A stretch of 63,869 nt of DNA, counting the filler, from Welwitschia mirabilis (taxonomy: Eukaryota), in NCBI GenBank assembly GCA_051453625.1. It is 8 parts of one record of this genome, joined end to end, with 100 filler letters (N's around TTAATTAATTAA, not from the genome) between each part and the next. Parts side by side here need not be neighbours in the genome. Positions count along the whole stretch, not along the records: positions 24,844 to 47,144 come from JBOZIK010000001.1; positions 47,245 to 50,013 come from JBOZIK010000001.1; positions 50,114 to 53,320 come from JBOZIK010000001.1; positions 53,421 to 55,963 come from JBOZIK010000001.1; 4 more parts are not named here. The stretch is one strand, 5' to 3'. The notes below the pieces were generated by a model. The model worked only from the letters and a program-made list of their open reading frames with translations, was not told the origin of the DNA and made no database searches. The translations under genes and the position numbers were made by a program. Every line of letters starts with the position of its first letter. Position 1 is the first letter of the stretch. Positions 41,250 to 56,063 of this stretch are shown here, piece by piece.

Positions 41250-44200
41250 ATCTATTCAACTGAAATGCAAATAAGAAATGAGTAGTGTATTTGAAAGAGG
41301 CGAAGAGTCATGTCTTATATCCAAAGGTCGTCACTTATGAAAATTAGAGGTGAAGAGTCATGACTTATATCCAAAGGTCATGAGTTATGGAAATTATGAA
41401 GGAAAAAAATTTTAACACTTCTCCTTAAGTTGGTGCATAGATATCATACATGCCTAACTTATTAAGGCTTTTTGAAAAAACTTAATTTGAGACTACCTTA
41501 GTAAGAACATTATCTATTTGATTCTTAAATTGAATTTCAGGTAGTTCTACAATCATTTCATCTAACTTATCCTTGATGAAGAGTCTATCTACTTCAACAT
41601 GCTTTGTTTGATCATTTTGAACTAGATTATGGGCAATGTCACATACAGCTTTATTATCATAATACATCCAAATTGCTTTCCAAAGTGAATAATCCACATC
41701 CTGCAAAAGTAATCTCAACCATAAGGCTTCACAAAGTCCTATTGTCATACCTCTAAATTCAGCTTCTGCACTTGAGCAAGTAATAACATTTTGTTTCTTG
41801 CTTCTCCATGTAATAAGATTATCACAATTAAATAACCAAAAGTTTATTTTCTATCATTTATTAATCCAACATAATTGGTAGTAGTATATGTATCTATGCT
41901 TTGACAATCTGTATTTTTAATGAATAGTATTTCCTTTCTAGGAGCAAACTTCAAATACCTTAAAATATATATGACTGCATTTATATGTTATTCTTATTGA
42001 TTATACATAAAGTGGCTAATAATACTTAATGCATAGGTAATATCTAATATAGCATGGGCTATGTACATCAGTATCCCTACTAGCCTTTGGTATCTCCCTT
42101 TATCAACTAGTATTTGATCTAACTCAATTCATAACTTTAAGCCTTTCTCCATGGGTGTATCAGCTGGTTGAAATGCTAAAATTTTAGTCTTTTTAAATAA
42201 GTCTAATGCATGTTTCCTTTGGGACAAAAATATTTCTTTCTTTGATCTTAAGAAAATATTTCTAGGAATCAAGGTCTTTCATTTGAAAGTCTTTATACAA
42301 ATACTCTTGTAAAGCCTCCCTTTCTTCTGGACTATTCCTTGTAACTATAATGTCATCCACATATATAATGAGTATCATGATCTTATCCTACTTTCTTTTC
42401 AAAAATAAAGTATGGTATGAACTACTTTAATGATATCCAAATGCTGTTATAGACTTTGTAAACCTTCCAAACCATGCTCAAGAGGATGTTTTAACCTGTA
42501 CAATGATTTCTCCAATCTACACACCTTTTGACTATGCCTTTTTGGGGTCATAAATGCTAGTGGGATATCCATATAAACTTTTTTAGATAATTATCCATGC
42601 AAAAAGACTTTTTTTTACATCAAATTATTATAATTACCAATCTAAGTTTATTACTAAGAATAGCAATACCCAAACAGTGTTGATTTTAGCTACAAGTGCA
42701 AATGTCTCTGTATAATTAATTCCATAGGATTGGATATATCGTTTGACCATAAGTATTACTCTAAATTAGTCAATCATGCCATCTACTTTGTACTTTATTA
42801 TGTAAATTCATCAACATCCTACTGACTTATTTTCTGATGAGAAATCAACAAGGTGCTAAGTTTCATTCTTTTGCAAGAAGTTCATTTCCTTATTCATAGC
42901 ATCTTTTCACCTTGAATTAGTTATGGCTTACTACACACTATTAGAAATAGCTATAGTAGATAATTGATTAACAAATAAGTAATTTAATTCTAATATCTTT
43001 TGATTAAATACAAAATAACTTATGGGATATTTAACTTTAGTAAAAATTTTAAGTTCATATCTATATTTAGTAATACCTATAGTGAGACATTTTAATAGTT
43101 TTTTTTCTTAGAGGTTTAGGTATTAGATCAAAAACATTGTCAATAAAAAATTAATATGATATATTAGTGAGGGTTCAGATTCTTCAATTAATGGATTTTC
43201 TTGTTCAATCACTTGATCAGCTTCTAAATGATCATTAATATTATGATTAAAAAGCTACATCTTGTATATCTAAATTATTTTCATCTCTTTTCTTAATAAT
43301 CTAATAATCTAGATTCTAAATCTCCTTTTGGTAATTCTCTTAACATTTATACTTAGAGAGAAAAAACATTAAGTCTTTATAAAAAACTACATCTAACGTT
43401 ATAAACATTTATTACATTAAAGGATGATAACATTTATAGCTCTTATAATGTATAGCATATCCCAAAAAAACACATCTTAGAGCTTGTCAATCTAACTTGT
43501 TATGATGATGCTTATGAAGATGTAAAAATACTACACAACCAACGACATGAGAAGATAAATTAGAAATAGTTGGAGTAGCCATAGAGTCACTCAAGGATTG
43601 TAATGTTGTTTAAAAGTTAATAGTTCTTAATGGATCTAAATTAATTAAATCTACTGCAGTGGTAAGTGATTTTCTTTAATAAGATAATGGCATATGAATT
43701 TCTATTAGTGAAGCATGAATAACTTCTAGTAAATGTTGATTTTTCCTCATATTAACCCCTTTTTTGGGGTGTATTGGTAGAAGTAGTTTGATTAATAATC
43801 CCATGCACTTCTAAATATAACTAAAGTTCAGAATTGTGGTATTCTTCTCCATTATCACTGTGTAGAATCTAAATCTGTGCATTGTATTGAGTTATAATAA
43901 TTTTATAAAATTTCTAAAAAATAGACTCACTTTACTTTTAGACTCATTAGGCATAACAAAGTTATTCTGGTATAATCATTAATAAAAGTTACAAACCAAT
44001 GTGATATATTCAAAGTTGGGGTTTTGGATGATCCTGTGATAGTAGAATGTATAATCATACAAGGATGATTAATTGAAAATTAATGGAAATGAATTTTGAT
44101 GACTTTTAGCAAGTTCATAAACCTTACATTGAAAAATAGAAATATCAAACTTTCTAAATAAACTAGGACATTTTTTTTTTTTTTTTTTGATAATCAAAGG

Positions 44201-44675
44201 ATGCATGACTAAGATGTTGATGCCATAGTTAAACTTCATATTTATTCTTCCCCTCCTTATGACATTCATGAAAAAACCTAGTGTAACTTTTTAGAACTCT
44301 TTCAAATCATGTCCAAGTGGTATAACTTCCCTTACCTAATATCACAACCAATCATTTAATTTATTTGGATGTCCTTAGACATACAAAATTCAGGCCAAAA
44401 TACTACAACACAAAATAAGAATGTGGTTTCCTAGGAAATAGATAAAAGATTAAAATCTAAGAATGGGATAACCAAAATAGAATCTAGATTCAAAGAATTA
44501 GTGAGGTATAAAGAGCCTTCTCTAATAACTAGGGTTTGATTATCATTGGTAGTAGAAATAAAATTTTAGAACATGATTTAAGATGTGTGATTTTTTTAGA
44601 ATTAAATATCATATGATTTGTAGCATCAAAGTCAATTATCCATGCACTATAAGGGACAGGTATAGAAATATTAAA
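41250..44675 (-). mobile_element. Ty1/copia element (PR, GAG-pre-INT, INT, RT, RH, PPT, start of 3' LTR at 41417)
   Basis: WIIDFDATNHM protease (~44610-44642); integrase ~43400-44100; RT IYVDDI (~42350-42370); RH DNKAVCDIAHNLVQNDQTKHVEVDR (41482-41748). Confidence 0.92.
41296..41397. repeat. Two-copy ~50 bp tandem repeat in the copia LTR
   Basis: AGAGG(C/T)GAAGAGTCATG.CTTATATCCAAAGGTC... occurs twice. Confidence 0.85.
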
Positions 44676-47068
44676 ATGCTTAGGCTCAAAAGGCCTATTA
44701 ATTATAAAATAAATAAATATCTTGCATAATTAAATACACCAGTATGAGTGGGGATCTAAAATGTTGTATTCTCATTGAATTCTATGAGTATGAGACTTAG
44801 GTTGCTTTGTAAAAGAATTAGAACAAAAAATAAATGATAAATTCAAGGAATAAAAATACAATGGACAATGCAATATGCAATATAAACTAACATGCAATGC
44901 AAAAATAACCCTAAATCTACTTGCTTTTAGCCTTAACAAATGCTGCCCTTGATAATCTACATTACCTAAGAAATTATCACTAGATCAAAGGCAATATAGA
45001 CTATAAGGGCCATAAGAAACTATACAATGTAAACATAAAAGGAAATCCAAGATTTATATTAAAATAGTAATAGCATCTAGGTTACAAAATAGCCAGGTCT
45101 TAATAGAGGATACACATCCCTCCAGCAAGTGCACATCTTTCTGCAACACACGTAGATGAATCTCCCATCCTTCGATCTCCTATTACAAGAATGTCAGGTG
45201 CAACAAAGATATTAAGGAGAGTCGAGGAGGTCTTATTTATAAGAAAATACAGAAAAAAATGATAAACTGTATGTATACTTAGGCACACTCATAAATGACT
45301 CAGAAATGGATGAAACAGTCAAGGAAATCTATCCAATTTGGTTACACATTAGTTTTGTTTGGGCCGTTATCTAGACAATATAGGGAATGATAACACATTA
45401 CAGAATATTCTCAAAAAATGATTACTCAGCATTACACATTAACATTCATTGTCCTATCTCTCATAGAGATGACAAAGGGGACAATGATCTTCTTTAATTA
45501 CTTTATTGGGGAAAAACTTAGCATTTTTGTGATGAATCCTTCTTTAAAGCTCTATGCATTAAAAAGTGGCTTTAGTATATTAAATTTGAATAAGAATTGC
45601 ACTTTTTCGATATTTCCTCTTATATCTTCAAAATCCTCAGAATTGCAGTTAAACCTATATAAAAGTCCTATAAAACAACTCATAAAACCCCATCAAAGAA
45701 CCATAAATTGGTAGTGTAACATAGCCCATTACTTAGCCTTTGTCAGTTCTTTAAAAAATCTAGGCAAAAAAATCATAATTGCGAGTCAATTTATTTTTCA
45801 AAAGATAAATTTAAAAATTGTAAAATAGAATTATAAAATAAATCACAAGAATAGATAACAAGTAATGCATAATATGTATAAAAATTTTGAAATTTATGTT
45901 ATAAAATCTCTAAATTAAGTTAAAAATTTTTTAAAAATAAGCCATGAAAAATAGATCTCTGCCCTTTACCTTACGGNNNNNNNNNNNNNNNNNNNNNNNN
46001 NNNNNNNNNNNNNNNNNNNNNNNNNNNNNNNNNNNNNNNNNNNNNNNNNNNNNNNNNNNNNNNNNNNNNNNNNNNNCCCCCCCTTTCCTTCAACCCCCCT
46101 CTCTTAAAGAAAAAGAAATGCATCATGTATTGGAAAATAAAGCAAAGAAAATAGATAGGAGTGAGAAGATAGGTAAAAGATAGTGAGAATGAGGACAATT
46201 TTCAAAACAAAGTGCAAAGCTGAGTAATGTCAGATTTGAGAAATATAAAGATAGGAAATATTCTGACAAGTAAAGAAAAAATATTTCATCACAAAAAGAA
46301 TATGAGCAACATTTTATAACATTAATAATCTAAAAAATAACACAAATTTATTGAGAAAATACTTATCTAAGTAACATATAATCTTTTATTGAAAACTTAA
46401 TGAGGGAAAACATGCTAAGAAAATATGATAATGACTTTGAAATAACTAATCAAACTATTAAAAAAAAAAAAACAAGAACGATGGGAATAAGATAACATAA
46501 ACAAAAGATAGCTTACTAGTTTAACATTTTAACCTAGCAAATTCCTAGAAAAGAAATCATAATATCACTTGATGTTAAAAAAATGCAGGACTCAATATAC
46601 AAAACTTCCATTCAATAAGGCAGTGATTATGATAATGCTAGAGTAATATGCTTTAAGCAATGAATGATTAGGCTAAAGAATTACTCCAAAAATGAAAGAT
46701 CCTACTGTCATTTCAAAACAAACACCTAAATCTCAAGAAATGAAATGATCATGTGCGAAGACTAAGATTCTAGAAAATAAGTAATGCTTCTGATCATACG
46801 AGGATCACTACTGATCCCAGATCCTCAAAGTTTAAGTACAACTTTATTATCCATGATGAGGGAAGTGAAACCACAGTTAGAGAATTAAGGATCTATGAAA
46901 TATGACCAACTAACCTCCTAGTGGAGTTCCTATAAATACTACATTACACTACCAAAGGCTCCTCTCAGAAACATTTACCCTAGTGTACTTGTGGCAGGAC
47001 ATCATGGTGATATGTTTTTAAGATATCATAAATATAAACTATCATGATCTTTATTTCACTTTTACCCC

Positions 47069-47074
<6 letters not shown>
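44676..47074 (-). mobile_element. Athila-type element G: 3' LTR (~44676-45721), PPT and 3' non-coding region
   Basis: LTR start TGTTACACTACCAATT at 45721 with a degenerate PPT beside it; conserved 3' block at ~46740-46995. Confidence 0.82.

Positions 47075-47144
<70 letters not shown>
47075..47144. repeat. (CT)n microsatellite at a contig end
   Basis: Perfect CT dinucleotide run up to the gap. Confidence 0.97.
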
Positions 47145-47244
47145 NNNNNNNNNNNNNNNNNNNNNNNNNNNNNNNNNNNNNNNNNNNNTTAATTAATTAA
47201 NNNNNNNNNNNNNNNNNNNNNNNNNNNNNNNNNNNNNNNNNNNN

Positions 47245-50013
47245 AATGTTAAATTTAAATGGAATAAATCTTGTCAAATTACTTTTAATAGTTTTAAATA
47301 AAGATTATCTGATGCTTCTATAGTAACAGGACCCGATTGGAAATATGACTTGAAGCTTATGTATGATGTTAATAATTTTGCCGTGGGTGGGGTTCTTCAA
47401 AGTCATATCTTATTATAGAAAGACATTGTATAGAGCTCAAATGAACTATACTACTACCAAAAAAGAAATGCTTGCTATTATCTNNNNNNNNNNNNNNNNN
47501 NNNNNNNNNNNNNNNNNNNNNNNNNNNNNNNNNNNNNNNNNNNNNNNNNNNNNNNNNNNNNNNNNNNNNNNNNNNNNNNNNNNGCCATTATCTTTTACCT
47601 TGATCCTCTTAGACACTATCTTTTAGGCTTTCACATAAATGTTTATACCGACCATGCTTCTGTTAGTTAACTCATGACCAAGAAAGACTCTAGTGCTCAT
47701 TTGATTAAATGGACTCTTCTTATGTAAGAATTTAATTTAACCATCATAGATAAAACTAGGAAGCATAATTCTATTACCGATCACTTATCTCCACTTTCTT
47801 CTCCTCTAGATGATATTCTCATTGATGATACCTTTCCTAATGAGTATCTTTTTATTGTTTCTTCTTTTCATCCTCCTCTATGGTATGACAACATTATCAA
47901 CTATCTTGTAATAATAAAAACTCTACAATATTGAACCTATCACCAACATAAATCTTTTCTCCATCTTATAGGTGACTATAAGTGGATTAAGCCACATTTA
48001 TATTGTAGGTGCAAAGACCAGATTATGAGAAAATATGTGACCAATTGGAAAATACCTGAGATTCTTTATGTTTGTCATAGTAGTATTTGTAGATGACATT
48101 TTAGTGAACATAAAACTACTATGAAAATCCTTTATTTTGGTTTTTACTGGCCTTCTCTTTTTCATGATTCATATGACTTCATTAGAAGGTGTGATCCATA
48201 TTAATGTTTTGGTAGCCTTGTTCATTCACAATAAATGCTCCTTTAACCTATTCTTGAGTGTGAGATTTTTTATTGTTAGGGTATTCATTTCATGGGCTCT
48301 TTTCACCCACTTTCTTTTAATAAAAATTACATTTTAGTGATTGTAGATTACATGACTAAATGGGTTGAAGTCATACCTACTTTTTCGAATGATGCTCAAA
48401 CTAGTTGTTATTTTCTTCCATCTCATATCTCTTAGAGATTTGGTTTCCCTAAAATTATCATTAGTAATCAAGGTACTTATTTCATAAATTCACTTTTTAA
48501 GAAACTCCTTTTCTCCATGGGAATTAAACATAGAATAGATTATGCTTATCATCATTAGACTAATGGACAAGCTGAAAATGCTAACAGAGAAATAAAGAAA
48601 AGGCTTTAAAAACTTGTCTCTGTTAATAAAAAGACCAAGACTTCTAAACATAATAATGTACTTTATGCTTATCATACTACTTGGCGTACTTCTCTTGGTT
48701 TCTCACCTTAAGAACTTATTTAAAGTAAAGTTTAGGTTTTACCAATTGATGTATATTACAATTCTTATCATACATCTCATCAACTTAATCTTATGGATAT
48801 TGTTAAAAATATTAAGTATAGGTTAGCATAATTAAATCATCTTGATGAAAAAAGAACTATTACCATACATCATAAATTGATTTATAAAGCTCAAGCTAGG
48901 TTCAAACATGATAAAATGATTTTTTATAAAAAGTTTGAACTAGGTTAACTTATTTTATTGTATAACACTTGAGTTCACATTTTTAATAACAAGTTAACCT
49001 CTAAATGGTTAGATCCTTATCTTGTATAGAAAGTGCATTTTGATGCCTCAGTTAAAATTTTAGATTTGAAAACTAAAGAAATTCAAAAATTTAATGGATA
49101 ATGGTTGAAATTATATGAGGGATCTTTAGATGAAACCGTGAAAATGATAGAAGAACTTGTTTTGGAAGTTCCCCTCACTGAGGAGGACTTCTTTCCTATC
49201 ATTGTCTAAGTTCTCTCTTAGCCTACTCCTTTGGTTAGATATTATGACTTTACCTAATTATCTTTCACACTTGACTTGTGTATTACTTTGTGAAGTATCA
49301 TGAGTTTTATACTTGGGAATTTATGGGTGGTAAGATTAGATTCATCCAATCTTAAGACATTCCCATATCTATAGACTGTATTTACAGGAAGATGCCTTAG
49401 TTTCTTGTGTGTTTTTTTAATGATGTTTAAATCTTAGAGTATCTCGGATTGTTTTTTTATATCTTTTATCTCACTTATTTACTTTCATCTCTCTTGAGTG
49501 TGTAATGATGTGGGAATTTTGTATTAAAAAAAAAAAGTAAAAAGATTATGTCTTACTGTAAGTACACTGGGACAAATATTTTTGAGAGGATCCTTTGATA
49601 GTGTAATATGGTAACTATGGGAACTCTACTAGGGGATCAGTTGACTATGCTTTATAGGTTCTTACTCCTCTAATAGTGGGTTCACTTCTCTTATCATGAT
49701 AAAAGAATAAAACCCTTATTATTCCCACTTTATCATTTCACTTTTAGAGATTCCCATGAGTTTGTAGGTAAAAATAGATGAGTCCATTTCTTAGTAACTT
49801 TTGATTTTTACTTCCATTTTTTTACACACTTGAAACTCTAGATATCACCCACTACATTTTCTAATGAACTTTATGGAGTTAATACATCTTATCATGCATC
49901 TTTACTTAGGTGATATTATGATTTTTCCCTTGGGAGTTTGCTACGTTAGTACTTAGGATAGGTAGACAATCTTCTCCTTATTCCTTTTGTCCATTTTCAC
50001 TCTGGTTTTCTTC
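47245..50013 (+). mobile_element. Athila-type element H: RH, integrase and 3' non-coding region
   Basis: AQMNYTTTKKEMLAI and AYHH*TNGQAENANREIK motifs; reverse-complement homolog of 1-1300. Confidence 0.9.
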
Positions 50014-50113
50014 NNNNNNNNNNNNNNNNNNNNNNNNNNNNNNNNNNNNNNNNNNNNTTAATTAATTAANNNNNNNNNNNNNNNNNNNNNNNNNNNNNNN
50101 NNNNNNNNNNNNN

Positions 50114-51400
50114 TAAGTATTTAACTAAGATGATAAACATTGTAATGGCATATATGGAATTAGTAAAGATTTATTATAAGTAAAGGTAATTCAAAATATT
50201 ATGAGATTACTCATACATAGATACATGCTAAAGACCATCACCATGGAGGAATTAATAGAGTTTATCATCTTAAGTTTAAGGACCCACAAAGTGCCGTAAT
50301 AGTCTACAAGAAGAACTTAATAGAATATGGAATTAGAAAATAAAATTTCAAAGCCCTTAAGATCAATAAAAATCAAAGGAATCATAGTAAAGGTAGATAA
50401 ACCACTTCTTTAGAGGATAATTTTTAGTAGAATGATGATGAGAATGGACTTATTGTAATCCTCAAGCATGTAAAATATCTTCTATCTAGAAGAAATAGGA
50501 GAAGAGATGAAAAAACAATACTATTAGGTCCATTATGAAAAGGTAAAAGTAAAGGTTAGAGTCCTTAATTTAGATATTAAAAAAATTTCTAAATTAGAAT
50601 GTTGGAATTATTGGAGTTGTAGTTGTTTAAGTTTCACAATTTATAAATCAAGTTCCTCATTATAATAGAGCCCTGATGTCATTCTTTTCATAGGAATAAA
50701 TCAAGGTAGAAGACTTAACAGAGATAATACAAAAGTTTCTTAAATTGTAATGGTTCAAGCCAAAAATCGATATTGTTATGATTTGAACCTGAATAGTGAA
50801 GCACAGAAATAAACTAATTTCAAGATGTAGCTTAAATCATGTAATAGTAAACCTTCACTTCAATAATATTTTATAAATTCTTAAAATAAATCTTAAAATG
50901 TCAAGCCATGATGGCTTAAGTCATGTTGATATAATCTTATTTATGATATAAGTGCTAATAAATTCATAGTTACTTTGATCCTTCTTAGCCTTTAATAAGG
51001 ATGGAAAGTAAGAAAAGATGTGCTTAAGATCCATCAAATGAAATAACTGCAACCAAAAAGAAAACTTAGGAACTTACTCAGTAATGAAAGAACTCAATAA
51101 TGTGGTCTCATTCAAGTATTAAAAGTATAAGATTAATTAAAACTCAAACTTAATAATGAATAACTACTATTTCATGAAAAATTGGAATCATATTACATTG
51201 AATAAAATAATATTATACTAATACAAACCCCTCAAAGCTAGCCAACTCCCAGATAGGGATCTTAGAAAGACATTGTGGTGATTTCTCTACTTCAAAGATT
51301 TTACCACTAAGATTACATTAGAATGAAGGGATCTTAACTATTATTATAAGAAAAGATAGAATTAGGATGGTTAAGATCTTTGGCTTTTAGTATTAGACAT
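50114..51400 (+). mobile_element. Very decayed chromovirus-like gypsy integrase region
   Basis: Remnants resembling HNVFHVSQLKKY (~51095-51130) and P..ILER (~51250-51270); the rest is barely readable. Confidence 0.4.
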
Positions 51401-52523
51401 GTAGTTATAATTCTTTATGATGTAACATTATGTTAGGTGGTTGAATCTTCCATTTTGTAATATTTGGTAAAGGTTATCATCATGAGTTTAGTACTTACCC
51501 TTTGGATCATGATGCCTCTATTAACCAGTGTTGTATCCATGTATCTATGATTTCATCACCACATGTTACTACCACATGTTACTATTGCATATCTTCTAGT
51601 GCCACCACTACAAACCATTAAAGATAATAGTTGTTTATCTTATAATTACTGACTAAGCACATAACCAAAAATTAATCACTTTTTTATGATAATTTTAAAA
51701 CATAATTTTGGAGGCTAGTTTGATCAATGAACTAGTATTGTTGTATAAGTAACTAGCGCCACTAGCATTTTCTGCCTATTTAGCTCTAGTGTATGCCAAA
51801 TGCTTTAAAATATTGCTAAATTCCAAAAAATGTTTTGGAAAAATGCGTAAGATTAAGTATGACATAGAAAATAGTTGAAGATGTATTTTTATGATTAAAT
51901 AAGTTAAATTAATGTCTTCATTATGATAAATTTACCTAATATACTTGAGATAAATTTCAATTTTTATAAATTAACACATCCTTTAACTAGAATTTTACTA
52001 GTATCTTAGTAAAATGTTAATAAATAATGACTAAAATGGAAAATTTTCCAAATAAAATATTTAAGAATTATGTAAAAATGATAAAAATGTTGAAAATTTT
52101 AGCCAAATTTTTAAAAAATGAGGCATCTATAAACTAAAATTTGAAGTGAAAATGCCAAATGCCATATCCCTTAATCAAATTTGAACTTTACCCTTAAAGT
52201 TTAAATATTAAAAAATCTAACGCTAAATTTGAGAACAAATTGAAACACATTAAAAAGACATTGTTAATTTATTAAAACTAGAAAAAAAAAATTTTAAAGT
52301 AATACAAACTAGGCTATAATACATATGGAGAAAATGTTAAAATAAAAATACTCTTAGAAATAATAACAATCATTATATTATAAATTAGAATTATTTTAAG
52401 GATAAGAAAATTGGGGCTAAAGGTGAAAATAAAAAATTAAAGTAAAATGTGATTGTATAAAATGCATTATAATCAGTTTCAAAAATTTTTTTAATAAGGA
52501 TAGAAAATTTGAGAAAAAAACTA

Positions 52524-55500
52524 TGTTACGATGCCAATTTGTGGGAATTTGATGGTATATTTTGAGTATTTCTGTAGGGCATTTATACATGTTTTGATGC
52601 AACACTAATGATTATGAAGGATTGATAGGATGATTAACAAAACATGTGATATCCAGCATTTTCTGGCAGTTTCTTGGGCTTATTTTGATATTACAGGATA
52701 GAAGAAGAATGGAACGATGCAAAGACTGATTCACTTTGGAAAAAGAGGAAAAGAAGACTATCATCTCCTATGTCATGTGGGTGATACTAAAGACAACTAG
52801 ATTATTGACATGAATAGAAACCTATAGTGCTAATCGCAGCACCTGGCACATACATCGAGAATGTATCATCTGCCTNNNNNNNNNNNNNNNNNNNNNNNNN
52901 NNNNNNNNNNNNNNNNNNNNNNNNNNNNNNNNNNNNNNNNNNNNNNNNNNNNNNNNNNNNNNNNNNNNNNNNNNNAATAGAAACCTATAGTGCTACTCGC
53001 AGCACCTGGCACATACATCGAGAATGTATCATCTGCCTAATTCATTTAAACGACATTGAAGATGACACCACAGGACTAATGATAGCATAGGGTACACAAT
53101 CCAAGGCATAGGGCACACAACCCAAGATGCTAAGACGACGTCATCCCCTGTGTCATGTGGAGGACATATAGGACAACAACTATTTCTGCCTTATAATGAC
53201 TGCCAATGGGCCATGTGAGTTGTTAGGGTTTTTTTTCCTGCCTTAAGGGTTTGCTCACCCATTTCCTCATTCGAAAATATATAAATACCCCTATCCCCTT
53301 TCATTTCTATTTTCCATCTTNNNNNNNNNNNNNNNNNNNNNNNNNNNNNNNNNNNNNNNNNNNNTTAATTAATTAANNNNNNNNNNNNNNNNNNNNNNNN
53401 NNNNNNNNNNNNNNNNNNNNATTTCTTCTCATTATTGTGCATCTCCCTTATTATTCAAGTTGATCTCAGTGTAGCACTCTTAGATTTACTTAGATATTAA
53501 AGGCAATCTTCATTAAAGTCGATCTCATTTAAGAATAGATTTGCATTGTTGCTTCTTTCTTCGTATTGCATTCAAGTCCTATTTTGGGTAGATCTCATAA
53601 TTTATATTGATTAGAAACTAGTAAGCATTCTTTCTCTTTGATTTAAGTTATAGAGAAGTAGTCTTGTGATAGGAAGACTAAAGTCTACATAAGATACACT
53701 TTCATTATATTTCCATTTCCATTTTCATAGCATTTGCATTTTCATAGCATTTCATTACTTGCATTGTTGTTATTCAGTTTTTCTATAAAGACAAAAGAAC
53801 AATAGAATACAGTAGTGGAAATCATTTCTCTAACTCTAAGCCTAGTACCTTCATTAGAATACAACATTTGAGTGAACTCCCATTTATACTAGAGTGCCAT
53901 TTCTATGATTTATGTGAACTACAAGTTTATCTAAAGGACTTCTAGATTATAAGAATTTGCACTAAAACATTTTGGCACTATTGTCGAGGAAGGTTGTAAT
54001 GAGCTAAGAGAAGTATTACTAATCAGAGATAAGTACCTTAAAACTTCTGTTCAGATTATCTATTTTGAATTAGTGCTGTAATTTTTCCTAGCTTAGGATA
54101 AAGTAGTTTTATTTTCCATAATTTAAATTTTGTATTTCTTTGTTTATTTTACTATCATCTTTTCTGTCATTCTCATGACTTGTAAGGACAATAGTCTATT
54201 TTTCTACATTCATCTTAGTTTATTTCTATAATTTTGTCATCTCATCTATCATCCACATGATACAGGTGGATGACAATATGTGTTTTTTACTACATAAATT
54301 TTATTCCTACAAATTTTAGTTTTTACATTCCTCTTTATTTCTCCGTCATCTCGTCTATTATCCCCATGACCCCAAAGGATGAGAATCTGTTTTTTTTTAT
54401 ATGAAAATTTCTCATATTCTAGCATTTTTTTTCTACAGTAATTCTTTTGTTGTCCTATCTGTTATCTGAATGACTTATCTGGATGACAGTCTACTATGTT
54501 TTCAGGTTTCTATAAATTTTGTTTTCTTTTATGTGACCATCGTCTTATCTATTGTCCTTGTAATGAGGTAGACGATGGTATGTTGTTTTTGATTTTTGTA
54601 TTCTATTAGTTGCTGAATCATGCAGGGATATGATTAATATTGATAAGAAGATGAAATATTAGAGAGAACGAAACTTGATCGAAGAAAATATGAAGGAAGG
54701 ATTAATTGACTTTGAGTTAAATCCAGGTATGCACACTACAAGTACACAAATTCCCAGAATTGAAGAAGAAGATCTTTTTGCATTTTTTATTTTAAAATAT
54801 GAATTCACAAATGAAAAGCATAGTGTAAAAAGCGATTATGTTGTTTCTTCAAAAATGTCGAATATATCAAAATTGTTACAAAAGCAAAAATAAGTAGAAT
54901 CTTTTAATGCTCCAATCACACTAGGAACTTCTTCTTTGAATGCGAACATAACATTTAGAGATTTAATTGCTAGTAGAAAATGTGAAATTCAAAACCCTTT
55001 CGATTTACCTCATGGTGATGATGTCGAATTAAGAAATTTAACTGTGCATCCAACCTTTTTTGGGGAACCAGAAGAAGACTCCTTCCAACATTTAGCTGAC
55101 ATAGAACAACTTATGCTTACATCTAAAAATGGGAAAGAATGACTTAGTGATCATACATACATGATTATTTTTCCAGTTACCCTTAAAGGTAGGGTGAAAA
55201 TTTAGCTAAAAACCATTCCACATAAAAGTCTTAAATCATAAAGTCAAGTGAAAGAAGTTTTCATCAAATGATTTTTGAGTGAAAGTACTATGAGGAAGAG
55301 AAGAAAAGAAGTCACCAACTTCCAACAACAACCTCATGAGGATTATGCAACCACCTATGAATGCTTTATAATAGGTAGTCATTCCAATCCTATTGACGAA
55401 TTTTGTAAGGAAGAACTAGTAGATTATTTTTATAGCAGATTAAATGCTTCAACTAAGCAACTTGTGGATTTTTCATGTGAGGGAAATTTGTTGAATTTAA

Positions 55501-55963
55501 GTTTAGAGGATGCCTGGAATGTGCTAGAAAAATTAGTCAAACTTGGCCTAAACCTACGAAAGAAAATTGAACTGTAGGGCAAATTTTAAAAGATTTAAAG
55601 GAGGTGAAACAAAATAGGGAAGAAGAAAGAGAAGATCCAACTAACCTGATGAAAGATTTTGCTACCGCTCTAGAGAAGTATACACAGATGATGGTTGATG
55701 CAAAGGTTGTTAAAAATGAGCCCTCAACATCTAATTATGAACTTTATGAAGATGAATCTCATCCAATAAAAGAGTGTCCTTTATTACCAACTTGTAAGGA
55801 AAAAATGTTTGAAGAAGTTTATGCTTTCAACCAAAGAACTTCTAACTTTAGGAGTCAAATGCCATTTCAACAAAGACCAAGTGGGTAACCCCAATGGAAA
55901 CCATTTGAGAATAGATTTAAAAATTCCAACTTCCAACCACATTCTTAACAAAGTCTAAATGAT
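52524..55963 (+). mobile_element. Athila-type element I: 5' LTR (52524-53969), PBS (53973-53990), repeat-rich UTR, gag
   Basis: LTR TGTTACGATGCCAATT...AAAACA; PBS TGGCACTATTGTCGAGGA; gag ORF pieces 54675-55888. Confidence 0.9.
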
Positions 55964-56063
55964 NNNNNNNNNNNNNNNNNNNNNNNNNNNNNNNNNNNNN
56001 NNNNNNNTTAATTAATTAANNNNNNNNNNNNNNNNNNNNNNNNNNNNNNNNNNNNNNNNNNNN

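Noticed and set aside
54150-54580. CRISPR-like array of spaced palindromes
   Set aside because: Units are degenerate, lie in retrotransposon UTRs and LTRs, and there are no cas genes; the context is a plant genome.
54652-54673. Another miR2275-target-like sequence (TGAAATATTAGAGAGAACGAAA)
   Set aside because: Lies in gag coding sequence with poor seed pairing; it shows that chance matches occur and tempers the other miR2275 calls.
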